This document shows positions 23,907 through 32,823 of a DNA stretch of 64,000 nt, piece by piece (the stretch's first letter is position 1; every line of letters begins with the position of its first letter). Under the pieces are notes generated by a model, which made no database searches, was not told the origin of the DNA, and saw only the letters and a list, made by a program, of their open reading frames with translations. This DNA is from a virus (Duplodnaviria > Heunggongvirae > Uroviricota > Caudoviricetes). Location: positions 33,863-97,862 of the IMG/VR virus record IMGVR_UViG_3300017963_000216, one strand, 5' to 3'. The position numbers and the translations under genes are program-made.

Positions 23907-24422
23907 TCATTGTTTCCTTTCCCTTCCACCTCATCCATCTCTGAGCCCCACCACTTTCGGTTGAAGCTGTGCATGGCTTCCATCGGAGTCTCACCGCGTC
24001 CGACTACCAGTCGCTCGCCTGAGGCGTCCCAGCCGTACCCTGCGGTCCATTGCAGGCCGTCATGCCCCAGAACCGGCTTCATTGTCCGGTGAGGGCAGCT
24101 GGCCTCCAGGGCCACATTCCTCGCAATCTCCGCTGTCTCCAGGGCCACTTCCGCCCGCCTCAGGTCCAGCTCCTGAGTACAATTTCGTAGGGTCTGGCAG
24201 GAAGCCATTTGTTGCATGAAATTCGGTGCCAGCTTTAAGGCTGTCGATAGCAGAGAAGAAAGCTGAACCAATTGACGCTGCTGTTCCGTCGGCAATGGGG
24301 AACTGTGCGAAGATGTTGTCTCGGGTGGCGCGGATCGAAATAAACGAGTCTCTGATAACCACTTCACAATTGACATCGTTGTCTACCGCCCATGTAAGTG
24401 TTTCGTTTAGTCTGTCTGTCAT
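23903..24422 (-). pseudogene. hypothetical gene interrupted by a frameshift (two overlapping frames 24422->~24220 and ~24217->23903)
   Basis: Upstream frame starts MTDRLNETLTW with GGAGAT RBS and looks protein-like until ~24220. The downstream frame is protein-like and GC3-rich from ~24217 (MQQMASCQ...AEVALETAEIARNVALEA...). Each frame turns to S/P/G-rich junk where the other is coding. Confidence 0.3.
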
Positions 24423-24507
24423 TGTATCTCCAAAGAACCCAGTAACGGGGCGAGTGGGCACCAATGTGCGAGATGCCGCTCGCCTCGCCCCGCCTGGGAA
24501 TGCTTAG

Positions 24508-25200
24508 TTAGCGTGCGCGACCTTTCGGTGCGTCCGCTTCGGCAACCTTCTCAGCACCCTTCGACGGGTTGTTGAACTTCTCAACTTCCGCGTTCAGGAT
24601 GTCGCCAGCCGGGCAATTGTCCGGGTCGAACGGCTCGGAGCACTTGGTTACGACGGGCACATGCCAGCCATACTCTTTGGTGCTCTTGTAACGGATGCCC
24701 AGGCTAGCAGCACTGGGGACACCCTGGTTGTCAGCCGTCGGAAGGAAGGGTCGCAACTTGCCAGCTTCCATACGACCCGAGGCGTTGCCGAAGAACAGTT
24801 CGTACAACTTGCCTGTCGCACGTTCGAGCACGAGGAAGCTAGGCCCCCACATGCAGCCAGTGTTCTTCGGGGCGGTCTTGATACGTTGGAACTCAGGGTC
24901 CTTTGTATCGTAGACTGCGACGATGGCGTCACGGTCGCTCATGTCGATGGCCTTGGCTCGGACAGCGAAGGGGATGATGTCGATCTGGTCGCCCAGGTCG
25001 ATAATCTCTTCGCCACCAGACTGAGGCACGCCCCAGCGACCGGGGCCGATCTTGCCCGTGTCAACGTACTTGCCTTTGGTGACAAGCTGCAAGCGAGGGA
25101 TAAAGTCGGAACCTTTGCTGACTTCAGCGACTTGGTTCAGGACGTCTTCCTGGACTGCGGGGAGGTTGTTGACTTTGAAAGGCACTAATTCATTACTCAT
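24508..25200 (-). CDS. hypothetical protein
   Basis: 230-aa ORF; no motif recognised. Confidence 0.5.
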   Translation of the reverse strand: MSNELVPFKVNNLPAVQEDVLNQVAEVSKGSDFIPRLQLVTKGKYVDTGKIGPGRWGVPQSGGEEIIDLGDQIDIIPFAVRAKAIDMSDRDAIVAVYDTKDPEFQRIKTAPKNTGCMWGPSFLVLERATGKLYELFFGNASGRMEAGKLRPFLPTADNQGVPSAASLGIRYKSTKEYGWHVPVVTKCSEPFDPDNCPAGDILNAEVEKFNNPSKGAEKVAEADAPKGRAR

Positions 25201-26138
25201 TCGTATGGAACTCCAGTTGGTGAAATATTGGGTACAAGATTCTCAATCATTCTGCGTTTCTGTCGTCTGAACTCAAGGTCTGTTAGTCGGGCATCTTTTT
25301 CCTCCTTCACGCCATCGCGGATGCTTTGTATTGTGACCGGATCAAGACGCATCATCCAGGCCAAGCATGCCATCCAGCCGTCGAGGGCTGTCTCTGCGTT
25401 CCGCGCTTCCAATACTCTGTTGGCAGCCTCTTTGGTGTCTGACTCAATCATCAGTTGCTTCAGGGAGCGTAGGCGAGGCTTGATGCCCTCGTCCCTGTCC
25501 TCAACAGTGCCGTTCAGGATGGCCAGCTCATAATCAAGCCGTGCCTCGCGAACTCTGTCGACAAACTTGCCAGCGGGCATAACCATGGCATCTTCAACGA
25601 ATCGAGCTTGCAGTGGCTCCGGAAGATCACTCAGTGCTACGGCGGCGCACAGCTTAATCTCCCCATTGCTTAGAGGTAGACGTGCTGCGTCGCACAACCG
25701 GTTTAACTTCAAGATCTTCCGGACCCACTGTGGGCTCTTGCAAATAATGGAACACAGGTCGTTGATCGTGTGCCCCGAATCCATTAACTTACGCAGACGC
25801 TTGGCGTAGTCCCACATGTCTGCGTTGATAGGCCTCACGGCCTGTGCCTTCAGCTGGAGGATCTCTATTTCCTTGTCAGTCACCTCTCGGATGTAACAAG
25901 GTATAGTAGAGTGGCCTGCCAGCTTCGCTGCGTGGTACCTGTGGTTGCCTTCGACGACCTGATACCCAACCAGTGTCGGGTGAGGCCGCACGAGGATCGG
26001 TTGCAGGACTCCGTCGCGTTTGATCGAGTCACAGAACTCTTCCCACTGATAAGTCGTACGCTTGACCGCCCGCAACAACATTGTTGGCGGGTAAATCTGA
26101 CTGATCGGGATGTGGGAAAGTTGTTTATCGCTCATGGC
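25197..26138 (-). CDS. ParB/Srx-like N-terminal nuclease domain protein
   Basis: GVLQPILVRP...GYQVVEGNHRYHAAKLAG...IPCYIREV matches the ParB N-terminal domain. Start trimmed to internal ATG (MSDKQLSHIP) at 26138. Confidence 0.65.
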   Translation of the reverse strand, partial: AMSDKQLSHIPISQIYPPTMLLRAVKRTTYQWEEFCDSIKRDGVLQPILVRPHPTLVGYQVVEGNHRYHAAKLAGHSTIPCYIREVTDKEIEILQLKAQAVRPINADMWDYAKRLRKLMDSGHTINDLCSIICKSPQWVRKILKLNRLCDAARLPLSNGEIKLCAAVALSDLPEPLQARFVEDAMVMPAGKFVDRVREARLDYELAILNGTVEDRDEGIKPRLRSLKQLMIESDTKEAANRVLEARNAETALDGWMACLAWMMRLDPVTIQSIRDGVKEEKDARLTDLEFRRQKRRMIENLVPNISPTGVPYE

Positions 26139-26611
26139 TCTATCATTATTGTGTAACAAATGACGAGTCTGCTCCGGCCCTTCTGAGATTATTTTCGTCT
26201 TTTTCCGGCACGATTCGGCACGTTCCGGCAGGGCATATATGATGTCTCGAAATACATTTGCGGATGGCGGACGGAGAAAACAACTACCCCTAGGATCGTC
26301 GGTTTCTGCCAATATCTATGAAAAGCTATGCCGTTTGTTTCGCCCATCCGCCATCCGCAAATCGACGTAAGTCCTTGATACTGCGGCACTTGCTTTGCGG
26401 ATGGGTGCGGATAAAGGGAAATCTTATCTTCGTACTTTTGGGGGGTACACCCCGCCACCAGGGGTTTGTGAATCGGCAGGCGAGGGACGACACCCCCCAA
26501 AAGTACGAAGATAAGCTGCGGATGAAAACCGGCGTTTGCGGATGAGTTGGCGGCGCAAGACGGAATTCCCCACATAATTCGCGGACTTTATGCCGGGATT
26601 GATACACAATA
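26139..26611. promoter_or_regulatory. divergent intergenic region with iterons (>=7 copies GCGGATG/CATCCGC), TTCCGGCA repeats and a 23-bp perfect inverted repeat; candidate origin or partition site
   Basis: IR arms 26423-26445 (cttatcttcgtacttttgggggg) and 26493-26515 (ccccccaaaagtacgaagataag), 47-nt spacer. Flanked by ParB-like and primase/helicase genes. Confidence 0.4.
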
Positions 26612-26647
26612 ATGGTAGACAACTTTCAAGAATCGGACGGAGATACT

Positions 26648-29392
26648 ATGCAAAATCCCAGAATGACAGTCGCGTACAAGACGTACTATGACAATGTGCT
26701 GTCAAAGAACCACAACAATCCCGAGCTTATCGCTCGATGGGGCAACGACCCGGCGCGATTAGAGACCCAGATCCTGTGCTTCAACCACGGACGTCCCATT
26801 GAGGACTCCAAGATGTTCGAGGACAAGGGAGAGGTCTTCGGACCCGCTCGGTGGCCTTACAACGCCAAGACCGAGCCCAATTACAGCAACCCGCCAATCC
26901 AATATATTATAGGCGACCGTATGCAATGCATCGGGAGCACATGGTGGAACTGGAAGGAACGGCACTCTGAGGGGCTTGGCTTTGACTTTGATACCATAGC
27001 CGGGCACGCCGACGGCATCGGGATCTCGGACAAAGAGATGGCCAAGCTGGACAAGATCGATGTGCCGTGGCTGGAAGTCATCCGCTCGACGCGGGGTGGC
27101 GGCAGGCACTTGTACATCTGGTTCCAGGAGCCATACCCAGTAACAATGAATCATGACGAGCACGCTGCGCTCGCACGTTCGTTCATTCCGCTGATCGCCA
27201 AACACACAGGCTTCGACTGCGAAGCGAACGTAGATGTCTGCGGCGGGAACATGTGGTTCCACCACGTGGAAGCAACAAAAGAGAATCGCGGCTACTCGCA
27301 GGTGAAGCCAGCGACACAGATACTGACTGACGCCCACGTCCCTCCGAACTGGAGAGATCATCTTGAAGTTGTCTCGGGCGGCAGGACCAAAGTGAGAGTC
27401 CAAGGATGGACCTCCGATGGAACAGAGACCGAGGGCGACGAACTGGACGAGATGACCCAGGCGCACTCTAAGATTGAACTCGACGAGATCCACCTCCGTA
27501 TACTGGAAGAGCTGGAAGAGACAGGGCACACAGCTCTGTGGGTTCCGGATCACCATCTGTGGCAGGGGCACACGGGCGGGTTGAAAGAAGTGTACGACAA
27601 GTGGGCTGCGAACGACACTCCGATGAAGGGCCTGTTCGACACCAACTCGCACGAGCAGGATCGAGGCAAGCCTAACTGCTTCATGAGGCCCAAGGCGAAC
27701 GGCGGCTGGGATGTGTACCGCTTCGGTGAGGCTGTGGAGTGTGAGCTGTGGGGTAAGCAAGGCAAGTGGACCCACACCACCTACAACTTCCCGGCGACGC
27801 TTCGTCAGATCGCGATGGCGTGTGGAGGCTTTGAAGGTCCGGACCCGAAGCAAGGGTTCATCTTCAGCACAGCCGCAGAGATGGAAGCTGCGTTGGTGAT
27901 GCTGGGGTCAAAGATAACGCTCCCTGTCGCCGCTGTGAAGGACACGTCTCGCACAATGGCGTTGCGTGCACGCGAGTCGGACGGCAAGATCGTGCTGGTC
28001 ATCAGTAAGAAAGGGAAAGATGAGCCAGGGGACTGGCCTCGGTTCGCGAAGACGACGAAGGGGTGGGAGCGGGTCATTGACGACGCGATAGACACCTCCG
28101 ACAAAGAGCAAGAGGACGCGGAGCTGTGGACAGAGCTGGACGACAAGTTCAGGGCGTTGAAGATCGGCGACAAGTTCGACGACTGGGTGCTGAGAGACCA
28201 CAGTGAGAAGTGGACCATCCACCCGCGTGAAAACGTCAAGGCGTACCTGATGTCTCAAGGGATCGCGAAGGTGGACCCTGTGATAGGTGCCGCCGTGTTC
28301 AAAGCATGGCAATTGACGAATGACCCGTTCGCCCCAGAGTATCCCGGAGGCCGCAAGTGGAACAGGAACGCAGCCCAGCTGAAGTATGCCCCTCGCGAGA
28401 TGGGAGAGGACGAAGCTCCCCACCATCCAAACTGGGACCGGGTTATGAACCACTGTGGGACCGACCTGGACGAGTACATACTCGATCTGCCTTGGACCGC
28501 TTCGTGGGGAATCCGCAGAGGTGGCGATTACTTGACTGCTTGGATCGCGTGCATGTTGCGCCAGCCTCAGTGCAAGCTTCCCTACCTTTTCATGTACGGA
28601 CCTCAGAACAGTGGCAAGTCCATATTCCACGAGGCGATCTCGGAGCTTATGACCAAAGGCGTGGTGAAAGCTGACCGGGCACTCACCTCGAAGCAGGGCT
28701 ACAACGGCGAGCTGATGGATGCGGTACTTGCGGTTGTCGACGAAGTGAACATCAGCAAGTCGGGCGGCATGGAGGCGTACGACAAGCTGAAAGAGTGGAC
28801 GACCGGCATGACGGTCAGCATCCACGCCAAGTACAAGCAGGTCCAGGAAGTGGCGAGCACGTTGCACTTTGTGCAGATGGCCAACAACCGCAGCAGCCTG
28901 CCTGTATTCCCAGGAGACACGCGGGTGACCGCGTTCAATGTGCCCAGCTTGGAGGAGGACATTCCGAAGGACGTGTTGCTCGCCTCGCTGCGTAAAGAGG
29001 CTCCGGACTTCATGCGGACTCTGGTCGACCAGACGATGCCGGAAGCCCTCGGGCGTATGAGGCTGCCGGTCATAGAGACTCGTGGCAAGCAAGAGGCCGT
29101 GATCGGCAACATGAATCCCTTGGAGCTGTTCATCCAAGAGAGGTGTCACATGATCAACGGCGGCACCGTGCTGTTGAAGGATTTCAGGGACCGGTTCTGG
29201 AAAGATCTGGATCAGTTCCAGAAAGACGAGTGGTCTTCAAGGGCTATCAAGGACAGGCTGTCAGAGACCTTCCCTATTGCCTTGGACTCCAGAAAGAATG
29301 TCCGTATTGGTAACCTCAGTTTCACAAAGTGTGAGCCCACCGCTAGGTGGTTCGTAGATAACAACAAACTTGTGCAGGAGAGTGCAGAATGA
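26648..29392 (+). CDS. bifunctional primase-polymerase (AEP) / SF3 (D5-like) helicase
   Basis: AEP motifs DFDTIAGHAD and STRGGGRHLYIWF; Walker A GPQNSGKS; Walker B VVDEV. Start set at MQNPRM (26648) with GGAGAT RBS rather than the RBS-less 26612. Confidence 0.8.
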   Translation: MQNPRMTVAYKTYYDNVLSKNHNNPELIARWGNDPARLETQILCFNHGRPIEDSKMFEDKGEVFGPARWPYNAKTEPNYSNPPIQYIIGDRMQCIGSTWWNWKERHSEGLGFDFDTIAGHADGIGISDKEMAKLDKIDVPWLEVIRSTRGGGRHLYIWFQEPYPVTMNHDEHAALARSFIPLIAKHTGFDCEANVDVCGGNMWFHHVEATKENRGYSQVKPATQILTDAHVPPNWRDHLEVVSGGRTKVRVQGWTSDGTETEGDELDEMTQAHSKIELDEIHLRILEELEETGHTALWVPDHHLWQGHTGGLKEVYDKWAANDTPMKGLFDTNSHEQDRGKPNCFMRPKANGGWDVYRFGEAVECELWGKQGKWTHTTYNFPATLRQIAMACGGFEGPDPKQGFIFSTAAEMEAALVMLGSKITLPVAAVKDTSRTMALRARESDGKIVLVISKKGKDEPGDWPRFAKTTKGWERVIDDAIDTSDKEQEDAELWTELDDKFRALKIGDKFDDWVLRDHSEKWTIHPRENVKAYLMSQGIAKVDPVIGAAVFKAWQLTNDPFAPEYPGGRKWNRNAAQLKYAPREMGEDEAPHHPNWDRVMNHCGTDLDEYILDLPWTASWGIRRGGDYLTAWIACMLRQPQCKLPYLFMYGPQNSGKSIFHEAISELMTKGVVKADRALTSKQGYNGELMDAVLAVVDEVNISKSGGMEAYDKLKEWTTGMTVSIHAKYKQVQEVASTLHFVQMANNRSSLPVFPGDTRVTAFNVPSLEEDIPKDVLLASLRKEAPDFMRTLVDQTMPEALGRMRLPVIETRGKQEAVIGNMNPLELFIQERCHMINGGTVLLKDFRDRFWKDLDQFQKDEWSSRAIKDRLSETFPIALDSRKNVRIGNLSFTKCEPTARWFVDNNKLVQESAE

Positions 29393-30576
29393 GTGACGGC
29401 TTCAAAGACAGTGGAAAACGTAGCAGCTTCGAGACAGGCGCGCACCGCGATCTCCAGGATGGCAAAGGGCGTATGGATTTGCTGCCTTTCCAGGCACTGA
29501 TGAAGGTGTCGAAGGTGTTCGAGGAAGGGGCGAAGAAGTATCGCGCGAACAACTGGCGGCGGGGCATTCCGCTGTCGCGGTATGCGGATTCAGGCATGCG
29601 GCACATGTCCAAGTGGATGATGGGCATGCGAGACGAGCCCCATCTGGATATGGCATGCTGGAACTTCCTCTGCCTCATCGAGACTCAGGAGCTGATCAAG
29701 CAAGGGCTGCTTCCGGAAGAGCTGAACGATCTGCCGTACAACCCGCTGTGCATCGAGGACAATCCGCTCGAACTGCCTGAGCTGGATCTGCCGTTGGAAG
29801 GTGTGGAGCTGGATGAAGTGGGGAAGGAAGAGACGTTCACTATGACGGCTTCTCAGTTTGAGGAGCACATGGCTGGCGTCAGGAAGAAGGAAGCGTGCAA
29901 GGACGAGACCGGCGACGCGTTCTACGCGGCCCAGGCAGCTGGCCTGTGCACCGGCAACAGCATCTATGGTTCCATCTTGTCAGAAGAGGATCTGTTGAAA
30001 GCCCGGCAGGACATCGCCAAGGCGCAGGCCGACAAAGAGCAGGCCGAGCTGGACGAGGCGGCGGACATGAGCGACTGCCCTGGCTGCGAAGAGCCGGGCG
30101 GGTGTGATGGTTGCGATGCAGACGCGTGGGGCGGAGAGGTGCCGGTCGTCACACAGAAGGCTGCCCAGATGGGGTTCACTAACAGTGTAGCGCGTCAGAT
30201 GCTGGAATCCCGTTGGGACGACGAGGAGTGGGACGAGGAGGAGTGGGACGAATACGCTGATGCGATATATAATGATGCCGAAGCAGAGGCCTTGGCGATC
30301 AAACAAGAGATCTCAGAGTATGTGCCGCTGGAAACGATGCTTTCTTTCGTCATGGAATATGGCCCGGAAGACACGAGGGTGTTGGCCAAAGGCGCTAAGA
30401 TCTCGGGCATGTCGATGACCAAGTACGTGGACGCCTTGAAAGAGATGGCGAACTTCTACAACACTGCGCTCGGCGAGCCCTGGTCGAAGAACTACGACCA
30501 AGATCTGAAGGACCAGAGCCAGCAGCGGGTGGAGGAGCTGTTCAAACCCGAAGAGGGGCTGGAGGGGAAGAGATGA
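29389..30576 (+). CDS. dATP/dGTP diphosphohydrolase-like N-terminal domain (DUF5664-like) protein with acidic C-terminal extension
   Basis: KDSGKRSSFETGAHRDLQDGKGRMDLLPFQALMKVSKVFEEGAKKYRANNWRRGIPLSRY resembles the phage dNTP pyrophosphohydrolase N-domain. Acidic WDDEEWDEEEWDEYAD tract; ATGA-coupled. Confidence 0.55.
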   Translation: MSDGFKDSGKRSSFETGAHRDLQDGKGRMDLLPFQALMKVSKVFEEGAKKYRANNWRRGIPLSRYADSGMRHMSKWMMGMRDEPHLDMACWNFLCLIETQELIKQGLLPEELNDLPYNPLCIEDNPLELPELDLPLEGVELDEVGKEETFTMTASQFEEHMAGVRKKEACKDETGDAFYAAQAAGLCTGNSIYGSILSEEDLLKARQDIAKAQADKEQAELDEAADMSDCPGCEEPGGCDGCDADAWGGEVPVVTQKAAQMGFTNSVARQMLESRWDDEEWDEEEWDEYADAIYNDAEAEALAIKQEISEYVPLETMLSFVMEYGPEDTRVLAKGAKISGMSMTKYVDALKEMANFYNTALGEPWSKNYDQDLKDQSQQRVEELFKPEEGLEGKR

Positions 30577-31169
30577 AGAACCTGTACGGCAACGTGCTGT
30601 GCGTGGTGGATGTGGAAACCACAGGGGTGGTGTTTGGCTGGAACGAGATTATTCAGATAGCCTGCGTGCCCCTTGACAACCATCTGAAGCCATCGAAAGA
30701 GCACAAGTTCTTTTACATGGACGTCGCTCCGACGTATCCGGAGCGTCAGTCTAAGCAGGCCCGTATGAAGCACGGGCTGGACGCTTACAAGCTGGCGGAA
30801 GAGTGTCTGTCCCAGGAGCAGGCGGCAGACATGCTGGACAAGTGGTTCGTCGGTCTCAACCTGCCGGTTGGCAAGCGGCTCATCCCGCTGGCCCACAACT
30901 TTGCGTTCGAGCGAGGGATGCTCACGCACTGGCTGGGCGTGGACACGTATGACGCCATGTTCCACATCCACCCCAGGGACACGTTCACTTTCGCGACGTC
31001 CCTGAACGATGTGGCCGCGTGGCAGGGTCGGACAGTCCCGTTCCCTCAGGTGAGTCTGTCGAGACTATGCGCGAAGCTGGGTATCCCGCTTGAGAATGCG
31101 CACGATGCGTTGGCTGACTGCCTAGCGACGGCAGAAGTGTATCGCAACCTACTCAGCCTCTTCGGCTAG
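30573..31169 (+). CDS. DnaQ-like (DEDDh) 3'-5' exonuclease
   Basis: Exo I VVDVETTG, Exo II AHNFAFE, Exo III HDALADCLATAEVY. Confidence 0.7.
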   Translation: MKNLYGNVLCVVDVETTGVVFGWNEIIQIACVPLDNHLKPSKEHKFFYMDVAPTYPERQSKQARMKHGLDAYKLAEECLSQEQAADMLDKWFVGLNLPVGKRLIPLAHNFAFERGMLTHWLGVDTYDAMFHIHPRDTFTFATSLNDVAAWQGRTVPFPQVSLSRLCAKLGIPLENAHDALADCLATAEVYRNLLSLFG

Positions 31170-31295
31170 ACGTTTGTTCTTTGCTTCCCTCTGCGCATCT
31201 CGCTTCGCTTTGCGGTGCGAGGTGACGCGGGCTGGACGCTTTACCGTGGCCCTGATCTTGCGGCCTTCTCTGCACTTACGACATCTCTTAGCCAT
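31149..31295 (-). CDS. small highly basic protein (48 aa)
   Basis: GGAGGATAAT-ATG RBS: MAKRCRKCREGRKIRATVKRPARVTSHRKAKRDAQREAKNKRLAEEAE, with a CxxC pair. Confidence 0.4.
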   Translation of the reverse strand: MAKRCRKCREGRKIRATVKRPARVTSHRKAKRDAQREAKNKRLAEEAE

Positions 31296-31310
31296 ATTAT
31301 CCTCCAAGCA

Positions 31311-31344
31311 AAAACCCCAGTGGAGCAATCCACTGGGGTTTTGT
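31311..31344. terminator. bidirectional rho-independent terminator
   Basis: aaaaaCCCCAGTGGagcaatCCACTGGGGtttt: a 9-bp GC-rich stem flanked by A-run and T-run, between the converging plus-strand operon and the minus-strand structural operon. Confidence 0.6.
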
Positions 31345-31388
31345 AATAGGTACCATTGGTCCCCAGGCACCTACTGCTGTGTAATGAG

Positions 31389-31676
31389 TTATGGGACCAG
31401 TCCAACTATCAAAGCGTCCAGCGAGTTGTCCTCGCCGAGACTAAGTCTGACAGCCTCCTGAGACGGGCAGACATATGTCTCCCAGCCGTTGGCCGTGTTG
31501 GACGACACGATCAGCAGACAGTGACTCGGCATTGGAGAGATCGACACCAACGGGTTGCCCGACCACTCCAACAGTGTCACTGCCGACACTAATTGTGACC
31601 CCACCAGCGTGAGGCTCTGCCCTACCATATCTTCTGTAAGTTCCGACTCGACGATCCTTGTATATCCTAACTGCAT
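31389..31676 (-). CDS. hypothetical protein
   Basis: 95-aa ORF, last gene before the terminator. Confidence 0.45.
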   Translation of the reverse strand: MQLGYTRIVESELTEDMVGQSLTLVGSQLVSAVTLLEWSGNPLVSISPMPSHCLLIVSSNTANGWETYVCPSQEAVRLSLGEDNSLDALIVGLVP

Positions 31677-31703
31677 CTGCCCTCTTCCTTCCTTACTACG
31701 ATC

Positions 31704-32273
31704 CTACTGTTGTATGTTGATCACGATACCAGAATGGTTTAACTGACGCACGGTCGAGAAGTCGGCCAGTGCCGCCCGCCCCACATGCACTCCATATTTT
31801 CTTAGTTGCTCGCGAGTCTTCTCCGTGAGTTCCTTCTCCACCTTGCCAGAGATATTCTCCAGCAGCCAATCTAGGTCGTGGCTGGAGATCACTTCTACCA
31901 ACGCCGCTTGCGAGATGTCCGCAGCGGTTTCTTCAGGGCTCCAGTTTCGCTCGCCTATGGCTTTCACAACATCCGAGATGTGATATATTGTGACGCCGCC
32001 CGCGACCACAGTCTCGCCGTCCCGCGTCATCAGTGACTGGGTGGGCGTGTTGATGGTCTGCCGGGCGACGACGATGATTTCGATGGCGGTGATGAGTGGC
32101 CAATACATACGGAAGCCGGGCTTGATCTCTCTAGGCTTTCGCCAGATGCTCCACCGGACGCCGCCCTCCGTGGCTCTCACGATGACCCTCCGTGGGACTA
32201 ATTCCAGCATCGCCTCAAACAAACGGCCCAACCAACCAAATGCAGATTCCATTACCAAAGTCCTTTCGGGCAA
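31704..32273 (-). CDS. SPFH/band-7 (stomatin/prohibitin-like) domain protein
   Basis: QSLMTRDGETVVAGGVTIYHISDVVKAIGE... and a coiled-coil region typical of the SPFH fold. Confidence 0.55.
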   Translation of the reverse strand: MPERTLVMESAFGWLGRLFEAMLELVPRRVIVRATEGGVRWSIWRKPREIKPGFRMYWPLITAIEIIVVARQTINTPTQSLMTRDGETVVAGGVTIYHISDVVKAIGERNWSPEETAADISQAALVEVISSHDLDWLLENISGKVEKELTEKTREQLRKYGVHVGRAALADFSTVRQLNHSGIVINIQQ

Positions 32274-32812
32274 CTCTCTGTCGCCATCCTCAGCTTATTG
32301 AAAACCGCAACGGCTCCGGTCGTGACCTTACAGCCACAGCCTCGGCAACGCTTCTTAGCGGGGTCATACCAGCCACACGGCGTGCAGAGCTTGTCGTGGA
32401 TTTCCTGTACCTCTTCGTCGGTGCGCGTCGGGCGTCCTGCCTTGTTCCACTTGACCAGTGCTTCCTTGTACTGCCACAATTGTAGCGACAACGCAGGATA
32501 CTCGGCCTCAACGGTGTCGGGCACCTCAGCACCTTCCAGCACCGTGCCCTCTTGCAGGTTACGCACTTCAGCTGACAGGTGGGAGACGTCTATCGCCGCT
32601 GCCCGGTCGACAGAAGGCAGCTCTTCAAGCGGCATGGCTTTCACTCCCCGGCAAGGCGGTGTCTTATTGAGAACCGACCGCACAGGGCATAGGGCACATG
32701 TCTCTTCGTTCACTTCACTTCCGTGAACTGAACATTGCTTGTTGATGCAGCGGAGTATGGTGAGTCCTTCGCTCCGCTTAACTACCTTCTGTCGTTTTGA
32801 ACACTCTAACAT
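32252..32812 (-). CDS. Cys-rich zinc-finger-like protein
   Basis: Multiple CxxC pairs: CINKQC, CALCP, CTPCG, CRGCGC. Confidence 0.5.
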   Translation of the reverse strand: MLECSKRQKVVKRSEGLTILRCINKQCSVHGSEVNEETCALCPVRSVLNKTPPCRGVKAMPLEELPSVDRAAAIDVSHLSAEVRNLQEGTVLEGAEVPDTVEAEYPALSLQLWQYKEALVKWNKAGRPTRTDEEVQEIHDKLCTPCGWYDPAKKRCRGCGCKVTTGAVAVFNKLRMATESCPKGLW

Positions 32813-32823
32813 CTTTCCGTCTC

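Noticed and set aside
24508-25200. Tempting to call 24508-25200 an SSB or single-strand annealing protein because of its position near ParB and the helicase.
   Set aside because: No diagnostic motif was recognised (OB-fold SSB or RecT/Erf/Sak signatures). It was kept as hypothetical.
26612-26647. Upstream ATG at 26612 as the start of the primase/helicase gene.
   Set aside because: It has no RBS. The ATG at 26648 is preceded by GGAGAT at the correct spacing.
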